This document shows positions 1-8,611 of a stretch of 64,000 bases of DNA, in pieces (positions within the stretch are counted from its first letter, which is position 1; every line of letters begins with the position of its first letter). The notes under the pieces were generated by a model that was not told where the DNA came from, searched no databases, and worked only from the letters and a program-made list of their open reading frames with translations. Origin of the DNA: Clostridiales bacterium (lineage in GTDB: Bacteria > Bacillota > Clostridia > Christensenellales > CAG-138); NCBI GenBank assembly GCA_918244965.1, contig CAKJYC010000049.1, positions 22,286-86,285 on the forward strand, given 5' to 3'. The translations under genes were made by a program, and so were the position numbers.

Positions 1-377
1 TGGAGAGGGAGACGAGAGATGCGATCTTGTCGCCGACCTTGAGATCAAAGTCCGGCTTCTTCAGAAGGTCCTCGCCGATGTAGGCGACCTTGCCGATGAA
101 CATGCCGCCGGAGCCGGTGACCGGGTTCTGCTGCTTGCCGCGCTCGGCCACGATGCCGAGGATCATTTCGCCGATCTTCTGCTCGTCGCCGCCGCAGGCC
201 TCTTCGATCTGCGTGAACGACGCGGAGTCGATGTTCAGAGAGATGACGTCGCAGATGATCTCATTGCTGTAACGCTTGGTCATGTCGTTGTCGATCTTCC
301 ATGCCGCCTGGGTCAGAACGCCCTTCGGCTCGATGACGCGGTGGGTGCCGTACTTGTTGCCCTTCAACTGTTCCATT
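1..377 (-). CDS. kdd: L-erythro-3,5-diaminohexanoate dehydrogenase, N-terminal ~125 codons (gene runs off the window start)
   Basis: Not in the ORF track because there is no stop in the window. Own translation from ATG 377-375, with AGGAGG 7 nt upstream: MEQLKGNKYGTHRVIEPKGVLTQAAWKIDNDMTKRYSNEIICDVISLNIDSASFTQIEEACGG...NPVTGSGGMFIGKV. Resembles Kdd N-termini as I remember them. Lies 47 nt downstream of kce. Confidence 0.7.
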
Positions 378-424
378 GTGATTCCTCCTGAAATTGTATT
401 TGATAGGTTGTTTGTATCCGGTTG

Positions 425-1252
425 TTACTGACGCGGCTTCATGCCGAGGATCGCGCGCGCCTCGTCGGGCGTTGCGATCTCGCGGCCGAGCTCCTTTGCA
501 AGACGCACGACCTTTGCGACGAGCTCGCCGTTGGAAGCCGCCTTGTGGCCCTTGCCGAGGTAGACGTTGTCCTCGAAGCCGACGCGCACGTTGCCGCCCA
601 TGATGATGCCGGCGGCCGCCATCGTCCATGCGGAGCGGCCGACGCCGGTGACGGTCCAGGTCGAGCCCGCGGGGAGCTTATTGACCATGAACGCAAGGTT
701 GTCGACGGTCGCGGGCGCGCAGCCGGGAACGCCGAGCACGAAGTTGAACTGCATCGGCGCGCCGGGGACCTCGCCCTTTCTCGCCATGTTCAGCACGGTG
801 TCGAGGTGGCCCAGCTCGAAGCACTCGTATTCGGGCTTGATGTCGTTTTCGAGCATGCGCTTGCCGAACGCGCGCATCGTGGGCATCGTGTTTTCAAACA
901 CGTCGTCACCGAAATTGCAGGTGCCGCAGTCAAGCGTCGCCATTTCGGGCATGAGCTCGGTCGGCTGCAGACGCTCTTCGGGCGTCATGCCGGTCGCGCC
1001 GCCGGTCGACGGGATCATGATGACGTCTGGAAGCTCTTTGCGGATCGCGTCCATGACGACGCGGAAGCGCTCGCGGTCCTGCGTCGGCGTGCCGTCGTCC
1101 CAGCGGACGTGCACATGGATGATCGCCGCGCCCGCTTCATATGCGAGCTTCGCTTCACGCACCATCTCCTCGACGGTGTAGGGGACGGCGGGGTTGTTGG
1201 CTTTGGTGACTTCGGCGCCGCAGATCGCGGCGGTGATGATGAGCTTTTCCAT
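425..1252 (-). CDS. kce: 3-keto-5-aminohexanoate cleavage enzyme (BKACE/DUF849 family)
   Basis: 275-aa ORF MEKLIITAAICGAEVTKANNPAVPYTVEEMVREAKLAYEAGAAIIHVHVR...GFEDNVYL, typical of the BKACE family. The kal-kce-kdd order is typical of lysine-fermentation clusters. Confidence 0.88.
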   Translation of the reverse strand: MEKLIITAAICGAEVTKANNPAVPYTVEEMVREAKLAYEAGAAIIHVHVRWDDGTPTQDRERFRVVMDAIRKELPDVIMIPSTGGATGMTPEERLQPTELMPEMATLDCGTCNFGDDVFENTMPTMRAFGKRMLENDIKPEYECFELGHLDTVLNMARKGEVPGAPMQFNFVLGVPGCAPATVDNLAFMVNKLPAGSTWTVTGVGRSAWTMAAAGIIMGGNVRVGFEDNVYLGKGHKAASNGELVAKVVRLAKELGREIATPDEARAILGMKPRQ

Positions 1253-1262
1253 GGCGGCCTCC

Positions 1263-1664
1263 TTACTTGCTGTGTTCGATGCGCTGGCAGTTCTTCGGCG
1301 TCACGCAGGTGCCGTGCGCGCGGCAGACCACGATCGGTTCCGGCAGAACGTCCGCCGCGGACGGGGAGATGTCCGGCCGCGCCGCGATGATCTTGCGTGC
1401 CTCGAACGTCATCCCGCGGGAGGTGTTGCCGATGCGGTCGATCTCGCCGTACGCCTCGATGTAGTCGCCCGCGTAGACGGGGGCAAGGAATTCGATTTTG
1501 TCGTAGGCGCAGAACAGGCCTTCGTCGCCGTCGCAGCGGATCAGAAGCTCGGTCGCGACGTCGCCGAACAGATGCACCATATGCGCGCCGTCGACCAGAT
1601 TTCCGCCGTAGTGCGCGTCCTTGGCGCTCATGCGGAGCCGGATCAGGGATGTGATTTTTTCCAT
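1263..1664 (-). CDS. kal: 3-aminobutyryl-CoA ammonia-lyase (small hotdog-fold protein)
   Basis: 133-aa ORF with a hotdog-like core (...[38 protein letters not shown]...). First gene after the lysine riboswitch and 10 nt upstream of kce. Confidence 0.72.
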   Translation of the reverse strand: MEKITSLIRLRMSAKDAHYGGNLVDGAHMVHLFGDVATELLIRCDGDEGLFCAYDKIEFLAPVYAGDYIEAYGEIDRIGNTSRGMTFEARKIIAARPDISPSAADVLPEPIVVCRAHGTCVTPKNCQRIEHSK

Positions 1665-1698
1665 GTGTGATTCTCCTTTGCAAAGCGTTTTCGGGAAT

Positions 1699-1736
1699 AA
1701 AAAAGCGCCGTCGGTCGATCCTCGACCAATAGCGCT
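1699..1736 (-). terminator. Intrinsic terminator / expression platform of the lysine riboswitch
   Basis: Minus strand reads AGCGC-TATT-GGTCGA-GGA-TCGACC-GACG-GCGCT followed by TTTTTT. The outer stem overlaps the 3' end of the aptamer. Confidence 0.7.
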
Positions 1737-1892
1737 CCATGCTCACTGAACATGACAGCATCCATGCTTGCACAGGGACGCCAGAAGCCGGATCGGGCGG
1801 TTCGGCCTCTTCGGCGAAAGACCCCTTCCCTGTCCGATTTTGCCGGCTGCCCATCCGATCGGAACGGTACCCTGTCCTTCGCGCCTCTATTG
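1727..1892 (-). promoter_or_regulatory. Lysine riboswitch (L-box) aptamer
   Basis: Minus strand: CAATAGAGGCGCGAAGG...GGGTACC...GAAGGGGTCTTTCGCCGAAGAGG...CTGGCG...GCTGTCATG...CATGGAGCGCTATTG. It contains the conserved L-box blocks AGAGGCGC, CGCCGAAG, CUGUCA and UGGAGCGCUA. The P1 arms CAATAG/CTATTG are complementary. Confidence 0.85.
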
Positions 1893-1922
1893 TAATGAAT
1901 AGATATGAACCTTATTGCAATA

Positions 1923-1952
1923 AGTATACCAAAACCAAAGCGGGATTGTCAA
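1923..1952 (-). promoter_or_regulatory. Sigma-A-type promoter for the riboswitch-kal-kce-kdd unit
   Basis: On the minus strand: TTGACA (1952-1947), 18-nt spacer, TATACT (1928-1923). Lies about 30 nt upstream of the aptamer. Confidence 0.6.
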
Positions 1953-1964
1953 GGAAAAATCCTG

Positions 1965-3422
1965 TCAATACGCCTGCTCGATGCGCGCGAGGATCGCGGG
2001 ATCCAGCGACAGCATCCGGCAGATGTTCAGCGCGTCCTTCGGGCAGTCCGCCTTGCCCTCGACGCGGTACAGGCCGTAGTTCATGTGCCGCGCAATGACC
2101 GCTACGCCGTCTGCGCCGGGCGCGGACAGCTCGGTACGGATCGCGTCGGGATCGACGTTTTTGAGGCCGAGGATCTGGTAGTGCGCGCGGGCGAATTCCG
2201 CAACACCGTCGTAGTGCGTGGCAAGGATCGAGATCGCGTTCAGCCCGTTCAGATGCTGCGTGACCGCCTGCACGATCGCCGCGCCCTCGTCCGGGTTCGT
2301 GCCGCGCGCAAGCTCGTCCAAAAGGAACAGCGAATAGCCCTGTTCGACCTCCGAAAGCGCCCGGTTGAACCGCACGATCTCCGAGCCGAAGCCGGATAGA
2401 CCCGACTGCATGGACTGCGCGTCGTCGAACAGCATCTGCACGCAATGGAGCATCGGCAGCCGAGCCGCCTTTGCCGGGACCAGAAAGCCCGCGTGGAACA
2501 GCAGGACATGGAGCGCGACCGTCTTCATGGCGACGCTTTTGCCGCCCATGTTCGCCCCGGTGATGACGACCGCGCCGCGATCCGCCGCGATCGACACCGG
2601 CACAAACGCGCGTCCCTTCGCCTGCAGCAGATCGGCAAGCTCCGGGTTGATCATGCCGGTGAGCTCCAGCGTCGTTTCGGTGATCTCCGGCCGCACGCCG
2701 CCGTACCGGACCGCAAGCTGCGCTTTCCGGATCAGAAGGTCGAGCCGTCCCGCCGCGTCGGCGTCGGACAGCATTGGGGGGACGAACGGCACGAGCGCGG
2801 CGCACATCACGGCGCGAAGCCTGCGCTCCTCGTCCTCCTCCAGCGCGCAGACACGCGTGCGCGCGGCCCGGATCGCGTCCTTTTCGGCGTCTGCGGCGGC
2901 ATACAGCGTCTGTTCGAGCCGGCGCTTTTCGGCGCGGATCGCTCTCAGCGTTTCGCTTGCGCTGTCCGGAAGATAGAACCCGCGCGAGCGCGTTCCCTCC
3001 GGATCGAGCACGTTCAGCGCGCCGGTCGGATCGGAGAAGGCGATCCCCTCCGCGTGCACCGTGCCGTTCATGCAGTCGAACAGCGGACCGAGTTCCGCAA
3101 TGCGCAGCAGGAAGCCCTTGAGCTCGAACAGCTCGACGGAATCGAGGCATGCGCCTTCGGTCAGCCGTTTGAGCGACCCGCGGATGTCCTTGAGCTGACA
3201 CAGCACCGTCGTGATCCGCTCGAACAGGTCCCGCAGCGCCGACGCGTGCGCCGCCGTGCGCTCGGTGTTCAATAACTCCGTTTCGAGCTCTTTGCGCTCG
3301 TCCGGCGCGTAAAAGCGGAGCTTTCGCACCCGCTCCTGCCCGAACGGACAGGACAGATGCAGGCTGTCGAGCACGTACTGCAGGCCGATCTTCACCCTGT
3401 CGTCGAACCCGATCGAGATCAT
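1965..3422 (-). CDS. kamB: MutS-family ATPase (MutS domain V only); probable lysine 5,6-aminomutase reactivase subunit
   Basis: Walker A ITGANMGGKSVAMKT and the MutS signature LFLLDELARGTNPDEG...ATHY. Start chosen at MISIGFDD (ATG 3422), overlapping the upstream stop (ATGA). MutS-like genes are a recurrent member of lysine-fermentation loci (from memory). Confidence 0.6.
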   Translation of the reverse strand: MISIGFDDRVKIGLQYVLDSLHLSCPFGQERVRKLRFYAPDERKELETELLNTERTAAHASALRDLFERITTVLCQLKDIRGSLKRLTEGACLDSVELFELKGFLLRIAELGPLFDCMNGTVHAEGIAFSDPTGALNVLDPEGTRSRGFYLPDSASETLRAIRAEKRRLEQTLYAAADAEKDAIRAARTRVCALEEDEERRLRAVMCAALVPFVPPMLSDADAAGRLDLLIRKAQLAVRYGGVRPEITETTLELTGMINPELADLLQAKGRAFVPVSIAADRGAVVITGANMGGKSVAMKTVALHVLLFHAGFLVPAKAARLPMLHCVQMLFDDAQSMQSGLSGFGSEIVRFNRALSEVEQGYSLFLLDELARGTNPDEGAAIVQAVTQHLNGLNAISILATHYDGVAEFARAHYQILGLKNVDPDAIRTELSAPGADGVAVIARHMNYGLYRVEGKADCPKDALNICRMLSLDPAILARIEQAY

Positions 3423-4348
3423 GCGATCGCCTCCTTTACATTGATGACCGGCACGTGTACGGCGCACTGTACGGCGGCCTTGAACGTGTCCGGATCGAAC
3501 GTCCACCCGTAGGCGGACACGGGGTTGACCGTCACGCAGACGAGCCTTGCGGCGTCGACCGTTTCAAGCGTCACGCCGCGAAGCGCGAGCTTATCGAACG
3601 TGTCGGCCGAAAGCAGCACCCTGCTCGGATCCTGCACCACGAGCCGCGCGTTTTTGAGAGCGCCGCTCTTCAGGAGCGGGAGCAGCATGGAATCGGTCAG
3701 CGCGCCGGAGATCTGCGCCTCGTGCGCCGTTTTCAGCGCGTCGGCAAGCGGCAGGTCCGTTTCCTTCGGCAGCGTTTCCGCCTTTTTGAGATTCAGGATG
3801 CGGCAGATGTTCGCGGTGTCCGCGACAACCTTCTCCATGCGCATGTCGTAGCTTGCGCCGGTGCAGAGGATCACGCCGTCCGCGACGCTGCGCGCGCCGA
3901 GCGACTTGCGGCCCAAAGCGCCGTCGATCAGCACCTGCTGGGCGCCGAGCGAGAAAAAGAGCGCCGAAAGGGTTTTGAGCTGCGAGGTGATCGAAGGTCC
4001 CGCAAGCTGGACGAAGCCCGCGCTTCTTGCCCGCACGACGATGACCTCGCCCAACGGCGTCGGCACGCCGGTGGCACAGACGATCTCCTGCGTGACGTCG
4101 CAAAGGGGCAGCATGTCCTTTGCGGTGGCGAACAGCGTCCCCTCCGGCACGAAGATGCCGGGCTTTTCGGTGCCGGTCACGACATCGGTGGATTCGCCGT
4201 CGCGCCCGATCGAGGTCAGGCCAAGAACGCGGCCGTCGAGCCATTCGATCAGCCGGTTCAGCACGGTCGTTTTGCCTGCGTTCTTGCACATGCCGACGAT
4301 GGACAGCGTGCGGATGGCTTTGAGTTCGTCAAGAAGCGGCGGCAGCAT
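3419..4348 (-). CDS. kamC: P-loop NTPase; probable lysine 5,6-aminomutase reactivase ATPase
   Basis: Walker A GMCKNAGKTT near the N-terminus. Start set at MLPPLLDELK (ATG 4348), with GAAAGGA 9 nt upstream; the track start at 4381 lacks an RBS. Translationally coupled to the MutS-like gene. Confidence 0.55.
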   Translation of the reverse strand: MLPPLLDELKAIRTLSIVGMCKNAGKTTVLNRLIEWLDGRVLGLTSIGRDGESTDVVTGTEKPGIFVPEGTLFATAKDMLPLCDVTQEIVCATGVPTPLGEVIVVRARSAGFVQLAGPSITSQLKTLSALFFSLGAQQVLIDGALGRKSLGARSVADGVILCTGASYDMRMEKVVADTANICRILNLKKAETLPKETDLPLADALKTAHEAQISGALTDSMLLPLLKSGALKNARLVVQDPSRVLLSADTFDKLALRGVTLETVDAARLVCVTVNPVSAYGWTFDPDTFKAAVQCAVHVPVINVKEAIA

Positions 4349-4445
4349 GGGGGATCGTCCTTTCGTTGGATTTCGTACCATGTATCATATCATATCTTCC
4401 GCCAAAAGAAAAGAGCGAAAGCGCCGATCATGCCGTTCGGTCAGA

Positions 4446-4474
4446 TTGACAAACCGCGCGGTTTGCTATACAAT
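4446..4474 (+). promoter_or_regulatory. Sigma-A-type promoter with an embedded 16-bp palindrome
   Basis: TTGACA (4446-4451), 17-nt spacer, TACAAT (4469-4474). The spacer contains the perfect palindrome CAAACCGCGCGGTTTG (4450-4465). Confidence 0.6.
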
Positions 4475-4511
4475 TATACTACTATTCAAATCGGGATCGG
4501 GGCAGGAAACC

Positions 4512-6371
4512 ATGAAAAAGAGGACGCAGCGGATCATCATCATCGTCGCCATGCTTGCGGCGCTCGGACTGTTCTTCCTGTTCCTGTACGACATTCTGGT
4601 TCCGTTCATTTCGATGGAGATCCGTCACGACGTCGACGGCGCAAGGGCGCTTCTGACCGAGCGCGGCGTACTGGGCTTCCTTTCGGTCATGCTGATCGAA
4701 GCGCTGCAGATGGTCGTCGTGTTCATTCCGGCCGAATTTATTCAGATATCCTCCGGTCTCAGCTACCCGTTTTACATCGCGCTGCTGCTGTGCGATCTCG
4801 GCGTCTGCCTCGGCGCGACGATCATCTATGTGCTGGTCAACACCTTCCGCTTCTCCAACGACGCCTACGAAAAAAACGAAAAGGTCATCGCCCGGCTTGC
4901 CAAGGGCGTAAAGCAGCGCGACCGCGGCACGCAGCTTCTTCTGTACCTGCTGTTCATCATGCCGTTCATTCCGTTCGGCGCGATCTGCTATTACGGCAGC
5001 CACCGCAAGATGAAGTATTCGCGCTACATCTTCACGGTCGCAACCGGCGTCATCCCGTCGATCGTCACGTCGAATCTGATGGGCGCGGCGATCCGCTGGT
5101 TCATCGGCAATCAGCTGCCGCTGTGGGTGCTGATCCTGATCCTGTTCGCGCTTGCGGGCGTGCTGTTCACGGTGCTGTTTCTGTTCCTCAACAAGATCTA
5201 TTTCCGTCAGAACGAGGGCACGCCGGATTCCGTGTTCTGCGGCGGCTTTTTCGGGCTTCTGAACACCCTGCGCAAGCGCAGACAGCGGCTGCACGTCGAC
5301 GCGGAAAAGATCAAGGACATGACCGGACCGTACGTCGCGCTGTGCAACCACGGCTCGTTCTACGACCTGTACTATGTGAAGCGGCTGTTCGAGCAGACGG
5401 CCGCCGCGAGTCCGTCCTTTGTCATCAACAAGCACCTGATATCGCATCCGCTGATCCGAAAGCCTGCGTCCAAGGCCGGCATGATCACGAAGAAGCTGTT
5501 CTATCCGGACGTCAAGGTGCCGGTGCAGATCATGCGCATGCTGAAAAAGGGCTATCCGGTCGTGATTTTCCCGGAGGCGCGGCTCTCCGCGGACGGACGC
5601 AATTACCCGATCGTCGACCGCAGCGCGGCGTTCTACCGAAGGCTCAAGACCGACGTTGTGATCCTGAAGATCCGCGGCGCGTACTTCGCCAATCCGAAGT
5701 GGCGCAAGCGCTTCTTCCGCTCGGACATCTATGTTTCGGCGGATCGCGTGATCACAAAGGACGAGATCGCAGCAATGACCGACGACGAGCTGAACGCATT
5801 GATCGACGACGCGATCGCGTTCGACGAATCGGCCGAGCCCGTCAACACCTACAAGCGTAAAAACATGGCGAAGGGGCTCGAAAACGTCCTCTATCGCTGC
5901 ATCGACTGCGGCGCGCTGTACACCGTGCAGGGCGTCGGGAACGAGTTCGTCTGCTCCGCGTGCGGCAGGCGCCGCCGGTTCAACGAGCGGTATCTGTTCG
6001 ACGACGCGCCGTACTCGATCGGCGGCTACTACGGGCGCATCAAGGAGCTGGAGCGGAAGGAGCTTCCGGGCTTCCGCCTCGAAACGAACGTCACGGTCAA
6101 GGTGTTTCACGATACGGGCAGGTACATGACGCGCGAAACGGGCCGGTGCGTGCTCGACGAAACGGGCTTTTCCTACACGTCGGACAAGACGTCGTTCACG
6201 GTCGGGTACGACATGCTGCCCGCGCTGCCGTTCTCGGTCAACGCCGAGTTCGAGACGTATCACGACGGAGATCTCTACTACTTCTATCCCACCGAAAACC
6301 GTCGGCAGGTCGTGCGCTGGGCGCTGCTTGTCGACCTCATTAAGGAGCTGCGTGATGAAAAAGAACGGTAA
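4512..6371 (+). CDS. Fusion protein: DedA/VTT (SNARE-associated) membrane domain + PlsC-type lysophospholipid acyltransferase + C-terminal zinc ribbon
   Basis: The N-terminal ~200 aa are polytopic (VFIPAEFIQISSG..., FIPFGAICYYGS). The acyltransferase HX4D motif is CNHGSFYD, and FPEARLS is also present. The Zn ribbon is CIDCG...CSACG. ATG at 4512; the long track ORF upstream of it is not supported. Confidence 0.8.
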   Translation: MKKRTQRIIIIVAMLAALGLFFLFLYDILVPFISMEIRHDVDGARALLTERGVLGFLSVMLIEALQMVVVFIPAEFIQISSGLSYPFYIALLLCDLGVCLGATIIYVLVNTFRFSNDAYEKNEKVIARLAKGVKQRDRGTQLLLYLLFIMPFIPFGAICYYGSHRKMKYSRYIFTVATGVIPSIVTSNLMGAAIRWFIGNQLPLWVLILILFALAGVLFTVLFLFLNKIYFRQNEGTPDSVFCGGFFGLLNTLRKRRQRLHVDAEKIKDMTGPYVALCNHGSFYDLYYVKRLFEQTAAASPSFVINKHLISHPLIRKPASKAGMITKKLFYPDVKVPVQIMRMLKKGYPVVIFPEARLSADGRNYPIVDRSAAFYRRLKTDVVILKIRGAYFANPKWRKRFFRSDIYVSADRVITKDEIAAMTDDELNALIDDAIAFDESAEPVNTYKRKNMAKGLENVLYRCIDCGALYTVQGVGNEFVCSACGRRRRFNERYLFDDAPYSIGGYYGRIKELERKELPGFRLETNVTVKVFHDTGRYMTRETGRCVLDETGFSYTSDKTSFTVGYDMLPALPFSVNAEFETYHDGDLYYFYPTENRRQVVRWALLVDLIKELRDEKER

Positions 6372-7782
6372 AACGCTGTTGAACCTGTCGACCAAGACCT
6401 TTCTCCAGGTCGTCATACTGCTGTTCGTGCTGATGCTTGCGGCGATCGTGCTGACCTATGTGATCCCGAAGGGCGCATTCGGCACGACCGCCGACGGAGA
6501 GCCGGACTTCCTCGCGTATACGCGCATCGAGGATGCGTCGGGCATTCCGGTCTGGAAGGGCCTGCTTGCGCCGTTCCTCGTGTTCGGCTCGGCGAACGGG
6601 CTGGAGCTTCTGATGCTGTCGCTGTTCCTGGTCACGGTGTTCGCCGCGTTTCAGGTCATGAGCGACGTCGGCGGCATCCGCGCGCTGGTCGGGCGGGTCG
6701 CGAGCCGGTTTGAAAAGCGAAAGGGCCTGCTGCTTGCGGCGATCGCGCTGGTGTTCATGGCGTTCGGCGCGTTCCTCGGCCTGTTTGAGGAGATGCTGTC
6801 CATGCTGCCGATCGTCACCGCACTGTGCGTGCTGATCGGCTACGACTCGTTCACGGGCTTCCTCGTCAGCATCATCGCGTGCGGCTTCGGCTTTGCGAGT
6901 GCGATCACCAATCCGTTCACGGTGCTGACGGCGGCGCGCATCATCGACGCGAACCCGATGGAGCATATCTGGTACCGCATCGTCATCTTCGCCGTGATGT
7001 ATCTGCTGCTGCTCGGCTTCGTGTTCCTGTATGTCAGAAAGCTCAAAAAGGATCCGAACAGAAGCCTGACGCTTGCGCACGACGAGGCGCTGCGCGCGGC
7101 GGGGACCGCACAGGACGGCGCACTGTCGCCGGAGAACGAGAAGCGCATCTCGCGGATCTACATCGTGTTCCTGCTTTTGAGCCTTGCGCTGATCATCACC
7201 TGCTCGCTGATCGAATCGCTGCGCGGCGTGACCGTCGTGGTTCTGATCGCATACTTTTTGATCTTCGGCCTGCTCGCGGGCTTTTTGAGCGCAAAGGCCG
7301 TCAAGCCGGTGCTGAAGAGCTTTCTCAAAGGCGTCGTCGGCGCGCTGCCCACGATCGTGTTCATCGCGCTTGCGTCGTCGATCAAGTACATCTTCGACGA
7401 GGGCTCCATCATGCCGACGATCGTGCATTCGATCAACACGCTCGTGTCCGGGCACAGCCCGTTCATCGTCGCGCTTGTGCTGTACGCGATCATTCTTGTG
7501 CTCGAATTCTTCATCTCGTCCTCGACGGCGAAGGCGGTCCTTGTCATGGGCATGCTTGCGGTCGTGAGCGTGCCGCTTTCCAAGCAGATGCTCGTGCTGA
7601 TCTACACCTTCGGCGACGGCTACACGAACGTGCTGTTCCCGACCTCGCCGGTGCTTCTGATCTCGCTGTCGATGATCGGCGTCGACTACTTCAAATGGAT
7701 CAAAAAGAGCGCGCCGCTGTTCCTTATCAACCTTGCGCTGGTCGTGGGCTTCATCGCGCTGGGCATTGCGATCGGATATTGA
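6355..7782 (+). CDS. YfcC/DcuC-family anaerobic carrier (putative basic amino acid or C4 carrier)
   Basis: ~475-aa polytopic protein with the family-typical N-terminus MKKNGKTLLNLSTKTFLQVV. AAGGAG lies 7 nt before ATG 6355. Overlaps the upstream stop. Confidence 0.7.
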   Translation: MKKNGKTLLNLSTKTFLQVVILLFVLMLAAIVLTYVIPKGAFGTTADGEPDFLAYTRIEDASGIPVWKGLLAPFLVFGSANGLELLMLSLFLVTVFAAFQVMSDVGGIRALVGRVASRFEKRKGLLLAAIALVFMAFGAFLGLFEEMLSMLPIVTALCVLIGYDSFTGFLVSIIACGFGFASAITNPFTVLTAARIIDANPMEHIWYRIVIFAVMYLLLLGFVFLYVRKLKKDPNRSLTLAHDEALRAAGTAQDGALSPENEKRISRIYIVFLLLSLALIITCSLIESLRGVTVVVLIAYFLIFGLLAGFLSAKAVKPVLKSFLKGVVGALPTIVFIALASSIKYIFDEGSIMPTIVHSINTLVSGHSPFIVALVLYAIILVLEFFISSSTAKAVLVMGMLAVVSVPLSKQMLVLIYTFGDGYTNVLFPTSPVLLISLSMIGVDYFKWIKKSAPLFLINLALVVGFIALGIAIGY

Positions 7783-7800
7783 TTGCGTACACAGGAATAC

Positions 7801-7846
7801 AAAAAAGCAGGGACCGCTTCGACGGAAGCGGTCCCCGATGTTTTTT
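7801..7846. terminator. Bidirectional intrinsic terminator between convergent genes
   Basis: AAAAAAGCA-GGGACCGCTTC-GACG-GAAGCGGTCCC-CGATG-TTTTTT. Confidence 0.8.
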
Positions 7847-7849
7847 GGC

Positions 7850-8575
7850 TTATTTGCCGAGCTCGCAGCTGATCGCCCGGACGTTTTCGACGGAGTTCAT
7901 AAACGCGGTCAGGTCGGCGATCGTCGTGTCCACGTTGACGCGCATCATCAGATCGCAGTGCGCCGTGCCGTCCTCCAGGAACGTGACCTTGGTCGTGATG
8001 ATCTGCATCTTGTGTTCCTTGACGTACGCCTCAAGCGCTTTGTCAAAGGCGGGCTGATCCTGCACCGCGCAGGAGAGCTTGGCGATGATCATCGTGTCCG
8101 CGCCGAGGATGAACCGGTGCATCAAAAACTGGATCACGGCGACGATCAGCGTGGCGAACGCGCCGATCACATACATGCCCGCGCCGACCGCAAGGCCGAT
8201 GCCAGCCGTCGCCCAGATGCCCGCTGCCGTCGTGAGACCGCGGACCGAGTTGCCGTTGCGGAAGATCATGCCCGCGCCGAGGAACGAAATGCCGCTGATG
8301 ATCTGCGCCGCAAGACGCGCCGGATCGGTGCCGTGCGTGCCGAACAGGAAGCCGTTCGGCGTCGCGAGATCCGCAAACGCGTATTTTGAGACGATCATGG
8401 TCAGCGCCGCCGCACAGCAGACGATGATGTGCGTGCGGATGCCCGCCTCCTTCAGACGCTTCGTGCGCTCAAAGCCGATGCACGCGCCGCAGAAGCACGC
8501 GGCAAGGATGCGCAGAAACAATTCCACATACTCTAAAAGGGAAAACTGATGAAGCATGCTGCCTGCAAGCGACAT
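7850..8575 (-). CDS. mgtC: MgtC/SapB family membrane protein with a C-terminal soluble domain
   Basis: FERTKRLKEAGIRTHIIV...ISGISFLGAGMIF...TAAGIWATAGIGLAVGAG is typical MgtC. Start set at MSLAGSM (8575), downstream of GAAAGG. Confidence 0.8.
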   Translation of the reverse strand: MSLAGSMLHQFSLLEYVELFLRILAACFCGACIGFERTKRLKEAGIRTHIIVCCAAALTMIVSKYAFADLATPNGFLFGTHGTDPARLAAQIISGISFLGAGMIFRNGNSVRGLTTAAGIWATAGIGLAVGAGMYVIGAFATLIVAVIQFLMHRFILGADTMIIAKLSCAVQDQPAFDKALEAYVKEHKMQIITTKVTFLEDGTAHCDLMMRVNVDTTIADLTAFMNSVENVRAISCELGK

Positions 8576-8611
8576 GAAAGCACCGCCTTTCAAATGGGAT
8601 CCGGATCAACA

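Noticed and set aside
1965-3422. MutS homolog as a DNA mismatch repair gene or as part of a phage-defence/abortive-infection pair with the adjacent P-loop protein.
   Set aside because: Only the ATPase domain is recognisable; there are no mismatch-binding, connector or clamp regions and no nuclease domain. The pair sits in a lysine-fermentation locus, where such a pair is recurrent. No other defence-island hallmarks are present (no integrases, no methyltransferases, no GC dip).
3455-6416. Long ORFs 3455-5860 (+), 3861-4511 (the upstream extension of the real 4512 gene) and 4482-6416 (-).
   Set aside because: These are shadow or alternative frames of kamC and the DedA-PlsC gene. The real plus-strand gene starts at ATG 4512, just downstream of a consensus promoter. 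The sequence upstream of it is antisense to kamC.
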